Assembly (NCBI GenBank): GCA_009859145.1
Contig: VRVR01000048.1
Span: forward strand, 1 to 64,000
DNA from: Andalucia godoyi And28
Lineage: Eukaryota > Protista > Jakobida
Length of the DNA: 64,000 bases
Direction of reading: 5' to 3'
Made by a program: the position numbers and the translations under genes. The notes beneath the pieces are model-generated. The model was not told the origin of the DNA. It was given only the letters and a program-made list of their open reading frames with translations, and did not search any database. Of the stretch, positions 39,449 through 50,400 are shown piece by piece (within the stretch, counting starts at the first letter, position 1; every line of letters starts with the position of its first letter).

Positions 39449-41077
39449 CTACAATTGCAGCGCCATGCCGTCGTTCAGCGGGAACATGGAACTGACTCCC
39501 GAGAGAAATGCTGTGGTGATGGACCCGGTTCTGGACGCAACACTGAATTCAATAGCAGTTGGAAAGACGATGATGGGGGTGAGTACGTCTTGGCGCGGCG
39601 ACGAGAGCAGCGATCCTGCAGCGTATGAATTGGGATCGTATCCAACCTGTCCGCCGTAGGACGACCCGAACGCGACGATAAAGACTCCGATATCTGCCTT
39701 GTTTGGATTCATCTTTCCAGAAACGTGCAGCATTGTATGGAAAGAGCCGCACGCAATGTCCACAACTTTCCATCCGTACCCTGCTCCATAGTACGTCGAG
39801 TTCAGCAGTTCAATGGGCTCTGCGAACGCACCCTTTGCTCCCACCCCAAGCTGGCCAAGATTCGAGCTTCCAAAACCCCATATTCTACCGTTCGTCATCA
39901 GAACCACCGAGTGTGCATAGCCTACACAAATTTTCTGGATTGTGACAGACGCCCGGGTGCGTGTACCGGCTGCCAGTTCATCAGCGGTTTGCGGCAGGAA
40001 GAATTCCACGAGTCCCGGAAAAGGGTCGACATTGTAGATTCCGCGGCCCAACTGGCCCTCCGAAGAGAAGCCCCAGGAAAACAAGCGACCTGCATCGGTC
40101 ACCGCCAGCGTGTGGAACAAGCCGCAAGCAAGTTTCCGAGTGACTTCGTTCGTGCTGAGCTGGCCCTTCCAATCGATCGGCAGCGGGAACACAGACGACT
40201 CGGTCGATCCCGTTCCGAGCTGGCCCTTATCCCCTCTTCCAAACGCGAACAGACGTCCGTCTTCGATCTGGACAATCGTATGAGAATACCCTGTTTCGGC
40301 ATGCACAATGAGGGAGTTTGCTGGGAGTCCGTACTTTTCATTCTTCAAGTCCTGTGCAAGTGCGCACTTCACGGGAGTCTTGAACAGCGGGGGAATGACC
40401 GCTACAGCTCCCGTGGTATCTGCAACCCCCAGCTGCCCATTCTTGTTCGAGCCCCATCCATAAAGCTCCCCGCTTTTCGTCAGAGCAAGCGTATGATGCG
40501 CTCCCACCATGAGCCGGGAAATCCCCAGAGCAGCCGTTCCAGGAACAACCTGCGGAACGTCATTGTATGGCAAGTCTTTACCGTTCCCGAGCCACGCGCC
40601 CCATGCATAGACCGATCCGTCCTCCATCAGCGCGCACGAGAAGGAGCCCAGCGAGGCATGAACCGACACCACGGAGTCGTGTTCAAAGGCCTTGGACCAT
40701 GTTTTGATACGAGACTGCTTCCACGACGCCACAAGGTCCGGGTAGTTCGAGTCGTCATAGTACCCGTTATACAGCCCAAGCTGCCCAACGTCATTCGACC
40801 CCCAGGCAAACAGCAGGCGCATTGTGTTCTCTGTAGCGTTCAGCAGCTTCGTCCCTTTGAACGCCGGCGAGTTCGGAAACTGAAAAACACTCCCATCTTC
40901 TGTAGACCTTGTAATCGTGTGCTCCATCGACACCAGGACCATCGAGTGTGCGCCTCCCGCAGCCATCAGCAAGACCGAGCGCACGGGGATCACCGCGGTA
41001 CCCAACAACTGCGCCGTCACCACTGCATATAGCTCGCTCGACAGCACTACAGCAAAGCACAGCAGAAGTATGTTCAT
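39449..41077 (-). CDS. Secreted RCC1/BLIP-II repeat beta-propeller protein
   Basis: Signal peptide MNILLLCFAVVLSS; repeats FAWGSNDVGQLG, YGWGSNKNGQLG, FAFGRGDKGQLG, FSWGFSSEGQLG, WGFGSSNLGQLG. Confidence 0.88.
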   Translation of the reverse strand: MNILLLCFAVVLSSELYAVVTAQLLGTAVIPVRSVLLMAAGGAHSMVLVSMEHTITRSTEDGSVFQFPNSPAFKGTKLLNATENTMRLLFAWGSNDVGQLGLYNGYYDDSNYPDLVASWKQSRIKTWSKAFEHDSVVSVHASLGSFSCALMEDGSVYAWGAWLGNGKDLPYNDVPQVVPGTAALGISRLMVGAHHTLALTKSGELYGWGSNKNGQLGVADTTGAVAVIPPLFKTPVKCALAQDLKNEKYGLPANSLIVHAETGYSHTIVQIEDGRLFAFGRGDKGQLGTGSTESSVFPLPIDWKGQLSTNEVTRKLACGLFHTLAVTDAGRLFSWGFSSEGQLGRGIYNVDPFPGLVEFFLPQTADELAAGTRTRASVTIQKICVGYAHSVVLMTNGRIWGFGSSNLGQLGVGAKGAFAEPIELLNSTYYGAGYGWKVVDIACGSFHTMLHVSGKMNPNKADIGVFIVAFGSSYGGQVGYDPNSYAAGSLLSSPRQDVLTPIIVFPTAIEFSVASRTGSITTAFLSGVSSMFPLNDGMALQL

Positions 41078-41378
41078 CAGTGTTTTCTCGTCTTTGATGA
41101 CTTGTTGTCGGCGGCAGTTGCAGTTGCAGTTGTGTTAGTAGTAGTAGTAGCAGTAGCAGTAGTGATATAATACTTGGAAGAAATTGCTCCCGCCTGTCTG
41201 ATTGCAGGTGCCCGTTTTTGTACCGAGTTGAGGGACCAGACAGGTCCGCATTTGTTCGTTCGGGAAGGAGGGTGACGAAGCGGGAAAAAAAAAACGGATG
41301 TACATTTGCTTTTACAACTGCTGCCGAACCCGTGGGGTACGTAAAAAACGGAGGGGAAATGAGGAGCCAGATGCTCGT

Positions 41379-42503
41379 CTACTCAAAGACAAAGTGTTCG
41401 AGGAGCGCAAAATGCATGTCCAGCGAAGCTTCTCCGGTTCTTTCCCATCGTTCTCTGTAGTACTCCCATCTTCTGATGCTTCCTGGTTCAAAGACTCGAC
41501 GGAGCGCCGCGATCCACTCGTCGTGTTCTTTGCGGACGACAGGTCTCTTTTCGACGCCTGCGCCCAGCGTGTACGGCGTGACATGGACGTGGACTTTGAC
41601 GCTGAGTCCCGCAAGCATCTCTGCGATAAACTGCAGATTGTAGAATGGATATGAGCCCTTGAATGCCCAGTTGCCCGGATCAAGCATGATCCACGTCGTT
41701 ACTCTCCACGGCTTCGCGCTCGAAACAGGACTCCAGAGCCGGTCCGCATTCGCCACGACGGCGTACCGCGGAAACATCGTCTCGTGCAGCGACTGCGACA
41801 CCACACATGCACCCTTTGAAAATGACACGATCATCACGTTTTCACTGAGCGTCTCGTTTGCGTAACGGCTCGAGTTACCACCACCATCACTGCTGCTGCT
41901 GCTGCTGCTGCTGCTGCTACTACTACTGCTGCTACTACTACTACTACTACTTCTGTTAGCACCCTTGTGCTTTGCCCCTTCCTCTTCCACAAGCCGCGAG
42001 AACTCGGTGCGAACAAAGTCTACAACACGCGACAAGAACACACTCGCAGTCACCTCGCCCGTCGCGATGCATTTTTCTGCGTCCCAGTGTCCACGGTCCG
42101 TCGAGTGCACGGGGTCGGAGATAAAATGCGGAATTGCCTGGGTGTAGCGTGCATAGATGCCATCGGACGACCACTCTGCAGGCTGCACACAAACAATCAC
42201 CGACTGCGGAAACCGCTCGCGCAGCCGATCCGACACCTGCGTCAACGAGTACCGTGAGTATTGGCTGTAAAGCGTAGACGACGGACTGCTCGACGAGTGC
42301 AGACGCGGATCCGAGTCGGGCAGCTGCAAGTCTCCTTGCAAGTACACCAACATATCCAGAGGGGGAGGCGGCTGCAGTAATGGCGACGATGACGATGACG
42401 ACCGGGCAGTCGTCGTTCGTCGGCGCGGAAGATAGCTGATCAAGAGAGGATACGGAAACGTGTATTGGATCGTCCGTGCATCCGAGTGCTGGAAGGTCTC
42501 CAT
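41379..42503 (-). CDS. C2orf69/UPF0565-like alpha/beta-hydrolase-fold protein
   Basis: VYLQGD, YSL...L.ERFP, SFSKGACVVSQ, MLDPG, HVHVTPY, C-terminal HFALLEHF; first ATG at 42503. Confidence 0.78.
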   Translation of the reverse strand: METFQHSDARTIQYTFPYPLLISYLPRRRTTTARSSSSSSPLLQPPPPLDMLVYLQGDLQLPDSDPRLHSSSSPSSTLYSQYSRYSLTQVSDRLRERFPQSVIVCVQPAEWSSDGIYARYTQAIPHFISDPVHSTDRGHWDAEKCIATGEVTASVFLSRVVDFVRTEFSRLVEEEGAKHKGANRSSSSSSSSSSSSSSSSSSSSSDGGGNSSRYANETLSENVMIVSFSKGACVVSQSLHETMFPRYAVVANADRLWSPVSSAKPWRVTTWIMLDPGNWAFKGSYPFYNLQFIAEMLAGLSVKVHVHVTPYTLGAGVEKRPVVRKEHDEWIAALRRVFEPGSIRRWEYYRERWERTGEASLDMHFALLEHFVFE

Positions 42504-43053
42504 TTGTGCCCTGCGCCGTACATACACTCTTGGACGGCAATCGCGAGCGCTGCTGGAAATCAGGGAGAAAGCAAGGAAGGCAGAATAGGCAGCGCGACGG
42601 AGACTGCAGAATGAGTGAAAGACATGGGGCTTTCAAAGTGCCAAAAAAGAAAGGTCCGGCACTTTAGACATGTGAACAAACCCACAAGTGCACAAGTGAT
42701 GGGGCTGGCACGCATTGATGAAGAACTCTGCTTCCTACGGGACCTTCGAAGGATTCCTGCAGCAACCCAACCCAGAGAACAACAAGTCGTTTTTTCACCC
42801 AGCCAAAAAAAATCCTGGCTCCCTAAAGCTACTTTTTTGTTTGTGTTTGTTTGTTTTCCCCATCCGCACCTCAGAAGTGCATCGTCAGACCGTTTTTTGC
42901 AAGCACAAGCTGCGACTACTGTATTAAAAAATAAATAAACAGCATGGACAGCACACGTTGCATCAACCACCCCCCAGCATCACTCCGAAAAGGGGTTTTT
43001 CCGTTCCGCCTCCAAAAGTCCGGCAATGCGCAGCCATCGTTTCTTTGCGAATT

Positions 43054-43112
43054 GCGAGTTGCGGGTTACGGGTTACGGGTTACGGGTTACGGGTTACGAG
43101 TTACGAGTTGCG
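43054..43112 (+). repeat. (ACGGGTT)n telomere-like heptamer array, about 8 units with variants
   Basis: GCGAGTT GCGGGTT ACGGGTT x4 ACGAGTT x2 GCGG. Confidence 0.92.
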
Positions 43113-43264
43113 GCAACGAACCTACTGATCATACGACAGCGCAGTTTCTTATTTATTCTGGAGCAGAAGGGGAAAGGACGTGGCCTTTTTTTTGGTTCGG
43201 CTATCAATTTAGATTTTAGAATCCGCTTTTTTTTTTTGTGGTTTTATTTTTGTTGTTGGACGGA

Positions 43265-44962
43265 ATGGCAGAATCGTCCAGTCGCGAATACCAGGATTTG
43301 CTCGAGCGCTTGCAGCGGGAAATCCGAGAAGAAGCGAGCCTTTCGTTTCCAGCATCAAGCAGCAGCAGCAACAGTAGTAGTACTAGTAGTACTAGTAGTA
43401 GTAGTAGCAGTAGCAGTAGCAGTAGTAGAAGCAATGGCTCCAACTCTGTGTCCGTTGCAACATCCGCTTCTGGCTCTCCAATCGCCGACGCGCCATCGAT
43501 ATCGGCTTCTGTGTCTGCTGTAACGCGTGTGGATAATGAAGAAGAAGAGCATGCAGCGCTGCCGCGGTCCTACTCGCAGGCTTCGCAGACACCACCGCAG
43601 TCTCAATTGACGCCGCCGACAACCCCTAGACTACAGTCGCGCATCAACGAGATTGCCAGACGCTCGACGCCGTACGACAACTTGCAAAAGTACACGTACA
43701 CCACCACGCCTGTTCCGATTCAGTACCTTTCACCACCCCCCAAACCAAAATCTGGAGCCCCGGGCACCAGTGGCAGTGGCAGCAGTAGTGGCAGTAGTGG
43801 AGTCGGCAGTAGGTCTTCTTCCTCTGTCTGCTGTACTTGCAGCTGCGGCAACCATAGGAGTGGCGGCGGTGCACACCAGACGAGAAGCGAAGATTTGTTG
43901 ATTGGGGAAAAGTACAGAGCACTGTCGGAAAAGTACCATGCAAGTGTAGCGCGTGGACTGAAGTTCGAGAAGCGGATTGCGCATCTTGAGACGTTGTTGG
44001 CAGAAGCGGCGACCGAGTCTGAGGAGCTGCAGACAAGAATCATGCAGCTGTCAAAGACCGTCGTTCGAGAGCAAGAGCTCCGTGTCCGGACTGTTGCATC
44101 CGAGAAGAAGCGGCTTGTGGACGCACATTTGGTGGCGGAAGAACAAATGTTGGTCGCGAATGCGCTGCTGGAGTCGCAGTGGAAATCTGCGGAGACGCTT
44201 GTGGCAGAAATGGCTTCGCAGGTGGACAGTGCAAAGGCCGAGAAGAGTGCGCTGCAGATCCGAGTCAGAGAGGCGGAAGTCAGAGCAGCTCGGGTCGAGG
44301 CCCATGTCACGTTTCTCCGGGACGTCGTAGCCGCCATCATTGTGGATTCCACCGATTCGAGAACAGCTCTTGCGGGTGTGTTGGTGAAGATTGCAGACAC
44401 TGCGCAAGCCGTGATTTTGGGAGATGAGAGATGGAAGCAAAGGAGGAACAACGGCAACGGCAGCAGCGGCGGCGGCAGCGGAAGCTTTGGTGATGATGAG
44501 AGGCGCGGGTCCAACGAGAACGCTTCGGGGAGTGAAGAGGGTATGCTGGAGACTGCGTTCAAGCGTCTTGTGCAGAGAGAGGTGGCGGCTGAGAGAGCTG
44601 TAGAGCAGGCGCTGCGCGATCGGATGTGCGTGGCAGAGGCGCAGACGTCTTCCGTGGAGAAGGTGAGCGTTCCGTCCTCTCCGATGAGCTTCGTGGATGT
44701 GAGTGCAGCAGTAAGCATCCCGTCGAGTCCAGTGAATCGCAGTTCTGAGCTCACGATCAGCGTCCCCGTCAGCGTTCCGTCGAGCCCAACTCCGAGTCCC
44801 GGTAGCGCTAGCGCCAGCGTCACTCTGAGTATCAGTTCTTCCATCAGTGTTCCTGCCAGCCCGTCTGCCAGCCCCCCTGCCAGTCCTACCACCACCTCCA
44901 CCAGCAGCAGCAGCAGTATGCCCTCAACTCCCTCGAGCATCGGGTCGTCTCCGCCCACGTAA
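43265..44962 (+). CDS. Ser-rich coiled-coil protein of unknown function
   Basis: ATG at 43265; central heptad coil flanked by low-complexity Ser/Pro tails. Confidence 0.75.
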   Translation: MAESSSREYQDLLERLQREIREEASLSFPASSSSSNSSSTSSTSSSSSSSSSSSRSNGSNSVSVATSASGSPIADAPSISASVSAVTRVDNEEEEHAALPRSYSQASQTPPQSQLTPPTTPRLQSRINEIARRSTPYDNLQKYTYTTTPVPIQYLSPPPKPKSGAPGTSGSGSSSGSSGVGSRSSSSVCCTCSCGNHRSGGGAHQTRSEDLLIGEKYRALSEKYHASVARGLKFEKRIAHLETLLAEAATESEELQTRIMQLSKTVVREQELRVRTVASEKKRLVDAHLVAEEQMLVANALLESQWKSAETLVAEMASQVDSAKAEKSALQIRVREAEVRAARVEAHVTFLRDVVAAIIVDSTDSRTALAGVLVKIADTAQAVILGDERWKQRRNNGNGSSGGGSGSFGDDERRGSNENASGSEEGMLETAFKRLVQREVAAERAVEQALRDRMCVAEAQTSSVEKVSVPSSPMSFVDVSAAVSIPSSPVNRSSELTISVPVSVPSSPTPSPGSASASVTLSISSSISVPASPSASPPASPTTTSTSSSSSMPSTPSSIGSSPPT

Positions 44963-45148
44963 CATTCTCCAAAAGCAGGCATACCTATATTTTATATACA
45001 ACAATCACAGACATAATAATAATAATAATAATAAAATAATGCAACACAATTCAAACCAGGATAAAAGGGCACACCCAGATATCATGACATCCCCTCACCC
45101 CCACTGCTAACACTTGCATACCGGTCCCGGTAAACAACACAGTCTACT

Positions 45149-45910
45149 CTACAGGGAGGTTGCTTCTTGTCTGAGCTGGTGCTGAAGCAACTCAACGTGT
45201 GACCGCAGGGTGGCCACCGATGCTTCCTCTGCCTTCCGACGAGCCTGTCTTTCGGAAAATGCCAGTTCGACAAGTCTCTGATGATTGCTGCTCATTGTGC
45301 TACTGCTCTTGCAGGTTCGACTTGTCGACAACAGATTGGTCGAAGTGGGAAAGAGAGATCGCAGCGAAAGCGCATGGATTGCCTCGACTTGCTCCAGTCT
45401 TTCCCTGTTCACTTCCCGAGTCTTTCGAACCTCGCGCGCCGCTGCTGCCTTTTCTCTCTGCACCTCCAAGACTGCATTGCTTGCGCGACTCTCTCCATCC
45501 GACTTCCATTCATGCACCGACGTCTGTGCCGTCGCGAGGCTCGAAAGCGCTATCGACTCGAGCTCGTGCTGCAGCGCGTGCGAATAGTGCCGCGCAACAG
45601 TCGAATCGGCAAGCTTCGACTCGCATGCCTTCTCCACTGCAGCACGCGGTTTCCGAAGAGTCGTGACCCGCTGCGTCTGCACCTCCTTCTGCACCTGCTG
45701 CATCGTAGATCGGAGATACGATGCCAAATCAGGAGTCTGCGTGACGGGAATCTGCCCCGATCGGGACGAGCACGAAGCAGTCGTAGTGGAAATCACCGCC
45801 AGCCGCTTCTTTTGTCTCACGTGATGCTTGTTTTCCAACTGCTGCTTCGTTTCCTCCAACTGCAGCCGCTCTCGATGTGCCCGAGCCAATCGCACAGAAT
45901 CACTCTCCAT
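45149..45910 (-). CDS. Coiled-coil protein of unknown function
   Basis: ATG at 45910 (MESDSVRLARAHRERL) following an A/T-rich leader; helical charged composition. Confidence 0.65.
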   Translation of the reverse strand: MESDSVRLARAHRERLQLEETKQQLENKHHVRQKKRLAVISTTTASCSSRSGQIPVTQTPDLASYLRSTMQQVQKEVQTQRVTTLRKPRAAVEKACESKLADSTVARHYSHALQHELESIALSSLATAQTSVHEWKSDGESRASNAVLEVQREKAAAAREVRKTREVNRERLEQVEAIHALSLRSLFPTSTNLLSTSRTCKSSSTMSSNHQRLVELAFSERQARRKAEEASVATLRSHVELLQHQLRQEATSL

Positions 45911-46963
45911 GGGAAAAAAGCCTTTCAAAATTAAAATTAATAAAATAAAATAAAAATACCACGCATCGACAAAGTTGAAAACAAAATTATAAATATATAA
46001 ATAATAAAAAATAATAAAAACTTCAGAATTCACGCAGCACGGAGGAGGCTGATATCGGGGACTTCTTTAAATTATAACCCCTCCAACCCAAACGTCTGGT
46101 GGACGGCTGTAAAATCATCGGACAGCGTGGCTGAGTTTTACAGCCGTCCACATCGCTGGTGAATGAAGGCCGACCTTTTTTCTTCCACAGATCGCTGCTG
46201 CTAGTTGCTGCCGTTTGTTGTTGTTGCTGTCGTTGTCGCGGCGGCGTAGGTGTGCAGATCGAGGCCCAATGAGACGCTGTAGAATGTTGACAACCGATCC
46301 CTTGTAATCGATGATTCCTCCGCCGCGGGGCCTCTCTCTCTCTCTCTCTTTTTTTGTGGCGCACTCCATTGCCAATCAACAATCAATACCATATCCGCTC
46401 GATTGAAACAGAGAATGAAAGATCGAGAGAGAATCAACAAGTTGATAAATTGCGCAATGGCAATAAAAAAGAAGCTCGTTGAAATCCCTAGTTTCTTCCT
46501 GGTTCCCAAGGTCCAAATGGTTCTAACGAATGCACTGATTGCTCAGCTAGAGAGCTCTGAACGAAAAAATAGGATGCTTCTCTTTTGGGTGCGCGGACCC
46601 ACGGATGTCCCACTCAAAAAAGGGGAACCTCATTCGATGGCGCTGATGCGGATTGCAAAAATCGCTTTACGCCAAATAATCTGTTTTTGAGGCGCAGCAT
46701 GCGAGCCAAATGTTTGGAGAGGCTTTGAGTTGGAGTGTAGTACTTTGCACTCAAATGAAAAACAAAGAGCAGCTTCAGTTGAGTACCACATGCCTCCCCT
46801 CCACTCACTGGAGTTGTTTGGCTGAGGGTTCCTCTCTTCGTGCGAATGCGCGCGTGCGTGTTTTTTTGTTTTTTGTGGTCTGTTTGTTTTCTGCTCAACC
46901 TCCCGGAAAACAAGAGTGGCAATATTTAAATAAAGGGGGTGCGAAAGCAGGCTGGAGAGGGAA

Positions 46964-47266
46964 ATGTCACGACTCCAGCTCAGGAGTGTGTACCGGCAAT
47001 TGCTGCGAGCAGCCGACGCGATGCCGTTTGATCTCACTGCGTCGTCTGAGTCGCTAGGCCCCACCATCAAGCGAGCTGTGAAGCAGAGATTTCGACAATC
47101 TGCTGTAAACCCTGCAAGCGCACTACAACTGGCCCAGCGGGAACTGGTCGCTCTACGGCAGATTGGTGGCAACCGTGTCAGCGATGCTGTCCGCGGCACC
47201 CAGACGGTCACGTACGATCCAAAAGACTGGTCTCGAATGGTTGAGCTCGTTCGACAAAGGAAGTAA
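46964..47266 (+). CDS. LYR-motif (Complex1_LYR family) mitochondrial protein
   Basis: SVYRQLLRAA...IKRAVKQRFR pattern; 100 aa, basic. Confidence 0.75.
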   Translation: MSRLQLRSVYRQLLRAADAMPFDLTASSESLGPTIKRAVKQRFRQSAVNPASALQLAQRELVALRQIGGNRVSDAVRGTQTVTYDPKDWSRMVELVRQRK

Positions 47267-47472
47267 ACAACGAAATGAAAATGAAAATGAAAATGAAAAT
47301 GAAAATCAGGAAGAAAAACATGTTTTTTTTTCCTGCTGTATTCTGAACACTGCGTCGCACATCCAAATGGATGTGTCGGAAATTCCGCTCGTTTTGTTTG
47401 GTTCTCTTTCCTTATTTGCACAGAGCGGGAATATTCCAAAATACAGATATCGGCTAGTGGGATGGCCGGTGA

Positions 47473-50400
47473 ATGCAGCATCATCATCGTGGTGGCGTGC
47501 TGTCCTTGGTCCGGGTTGTACGCCTGATTTCCATCTTGTGTGCGCTCCTTTGCTCCTGCAATGCAGCAGCACATCGCACTCTCCCGGCTTCTTCACCTGC
47601 TGCCATCGCGCACCGCTTACAACGACAACGACAACTACCACTGCAGCCGGTCGCATCGTCAGTTGAGAGGAGGGAGGAGGATGGAAATGCGGATTGCCGT
47701 GTGTTGAGAGACGTGTATGCGAACCTGGGTGGACCGCAGTGGACCAATCGCACTGGATGGGACTCGGTGATGATGACGATGCTGGAGAATGGTGATGATG
47801 CGTGTTGCAGTGGACAGCTTTACGGAGTCGTGTGCAGTGGCAGCCGGGTGACCAAGCTCCTTCTGGGTTCCAATATGCTCTCGGGAACGATTCCTGCGTC
47901 GATATGCGACCTTTCAATGCTGACGCTGCTTGACCTGTCTGCAAATGCTGTGAACGGAAGCATTCCATCGTGCATTGGTCAGCTCTCGCAACTTGTTGAA
48001 ATTGATTTTTACTTTAACAGCATTGGCGGCTCGATTCCGGACTCTATTGTGCAGCTGCGGGCGCTGCAGACGCTGAATGTACACTCGAATCGCATTTCGG
48101 GCCCGATTCCGGACGGCATTGGGTATCTCTCTGCTTTGCAGATGCTGCTTATAAATGCGAACCAGATCTCGGGATCCCTTCCTCGTTCGCTGTGCTGGTT
48201 GCAGAACCTTACGCGCATCGACGCGGATGAGAATGCAATATCGGGACCAATTCCTGCCTGCATTGGAAACCTGTCGACACTCCTTTACTCGATCGACTTG
48301 TCATCCAATCAGCTATCCGGGGAAATCCCGTATTCTCTCTGCAGCTTATCAGTACTGACGACTCTTCGGCTCTTTGGAAATATGTTGCGTGGCGAGCTCC
48401 CAGACTGCATCGGCAACCTGACCGCTGTGAATAGCTTCGTTGTGTACTCGAACCAACTCTCAGGGCGATTCCCGCTGTCCATGAGGAACCTCTCGCAACT
48501 CGAGCTACTGGACGTCCACTTGAATAATTTCGAGGGACCTGTCCCTGGATTCATCTTCACGGCGCTTCCCCGTCTCCAAACAGCGGATTTGCATCTAAAC
48601 AGATTCTCAGGATCGCTTGTCATCGACGAGTCGGCGATCAGTGCACTTCCAGCTGCTTCTTCGCTCAAGGCACTCTATCTTCAGTACAATAATGTGTCGG
48701 GGGATCTGCCTGCAAGCTTGTGTCTTCTGCAACGCTTGCAATTAGTTTTCTTGTCCAACAACCAAATCTCTGCATTTCCAAAGTGCGCATTTCCAAACTT
48801 GGTTGTTCTCGATCTCTCAAGCAATCGCCTTGTCGATTTTCCATTTTCGCTGATCGAGTCATTCCCGTCTTTGCAGTCTTTGGACCTCTCCTACAATTTG
48901 CTGAACGGATCGTATCCTGTGCGGCCGTTCATGGGTAACCTCAGCCTTCGCTCTCTTTCCCTCGCATACAATCAGTACAGTGGTGATTTTCCCTTTTATC
49001 CGTGCGGATACTACAATCCCATCACCAATGTCAGCTATCCGACTGTTTCGGAATCCGGGCTTTCCGATCTTGATATTTCAGGCAACAGAGTTGATTCCAT
49101 TCCAGGAGTCATAAATGCATTCTCGGAGTGCATCCTCTGCGATTCGCTTCCCTATGCATCGCTGACGACGCTGAAAATCGAAAACATGATGCTGCAATCG
49201 GTGTACGATGTGTTGATCACGTTGACGAACGGAGATACGTGCGGTGGTTCCGTTCCGTTTTCACAGATGTTGTTCCTGTTTCCTGGCGTGCGTGCACTTG
49301 ACGTTTCGTCCAATGGATTTTCCAATCTCCTGGACGGGTTCATTGCATTTCTGCCGCTCCTTTCCAGTTTAGACTTTCGCAACAATCCGCGTGTGGAAAT
49401 CTCCACGTCATTTTCATCCTCCGTGGGAAGTCTCTTCGTGCTGAACGCCACGACCGCGTACCCGTACAGTGTTTCGCTGATGTGCTATTTGCCAAACATT
49501 GGAGGTTCTCGCTTGCTTGCGCAGGTTGATCCCACGTTCTTCAGCTACAAGAACTGTGTCTGCCGCCCTGGCTTCTTTGGGAAGCCGCCTGATTGCCATC
49601 CTTGTTTGCAGAACGGAATTTGCTCGTTCTCCTCGGAGGACGTCATTACGCAGCTGAATCCAGCTACTGCATGGAACCTCAGCGGAAGTATCATTGCAGC
49701 AGACGGATACTATGCGTCGCCAGATGTTTCCATCAGCGATATGCAACATGATATTTCATATCCTCGGTTTCTGGAATCGTGTGCATATGCCGGCACCGAC
49801 TTGACTCCTTGCAAGCCCTCAAGCTCCGGGGCGGACAGTTGTGTAGAAGGCTATGAAGGACGGTTGTGCTCCGCATGCTCTGACGGCTATTTCCGAAGCG
49901 GAGACTTGTGCGAAGCGTGCCCTGATTTCGCTGAACTGGTGCTGTTTGGAATGTTGGTCTTTTTCGTGGTGTGCTGCTTGTTCGCGTGGTCTTTCGTCGT
50001 GGACAATGCATCTTCCGGTTTGGTCAAGGTGTTTGTGTTCTTCTGGCAGGCTGTATTTTACATTCGCAGTCCAATGCCAAAGACCATGTATATTTTCACG
50101 CAAGAGACGTCTTCTTCCGTCAGCTTCACTCTCGCTGGACCGGAGTGCTTTTTTGGCTCGTGGGGCTTTGTGGACCGATATGTGCTTTCCGTTGTCAGCC
50201 CGGCTATTGCGGTTGCTGTCGTATTCTTGATTTGGGCCGCGGGTGCCTTGAAGATGAAAATGTCGGAAGGCGCTGGTCGACCGGCGCCCGCATCTCAGTG
50301 GACAGCGTGGATCGATCGCTGCTGGAGATCCGTAATATTCTGGATCATGTTGCTGCTGATGCCAGCCTTCAGCACAGTCTTGGCTCCGCTGTCTTGCGTG

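Noticed and set aside
39725-41032. 435-aa plus-strand ORF
   Set aside because: Antisense shadow of the RCC1-repeat gene.
43720-44982. 420-aa minus-strand ORF
   Set aside because: Antisense shadow of the Ser-rich coiled-coil gene; its Leu/Thr/Gly bias mirrors the sense codons.
46488-46700. Presequence-like peptide MLRLKNRLFGVKRFLQ followed by in-frame TGA and more open frame (possible selenocysteine or readthrough)
   Set aside because: The TGA abuts a T6 homopolymer, there is no redox motif or recognisable SECIS, and the downstream frame is short.
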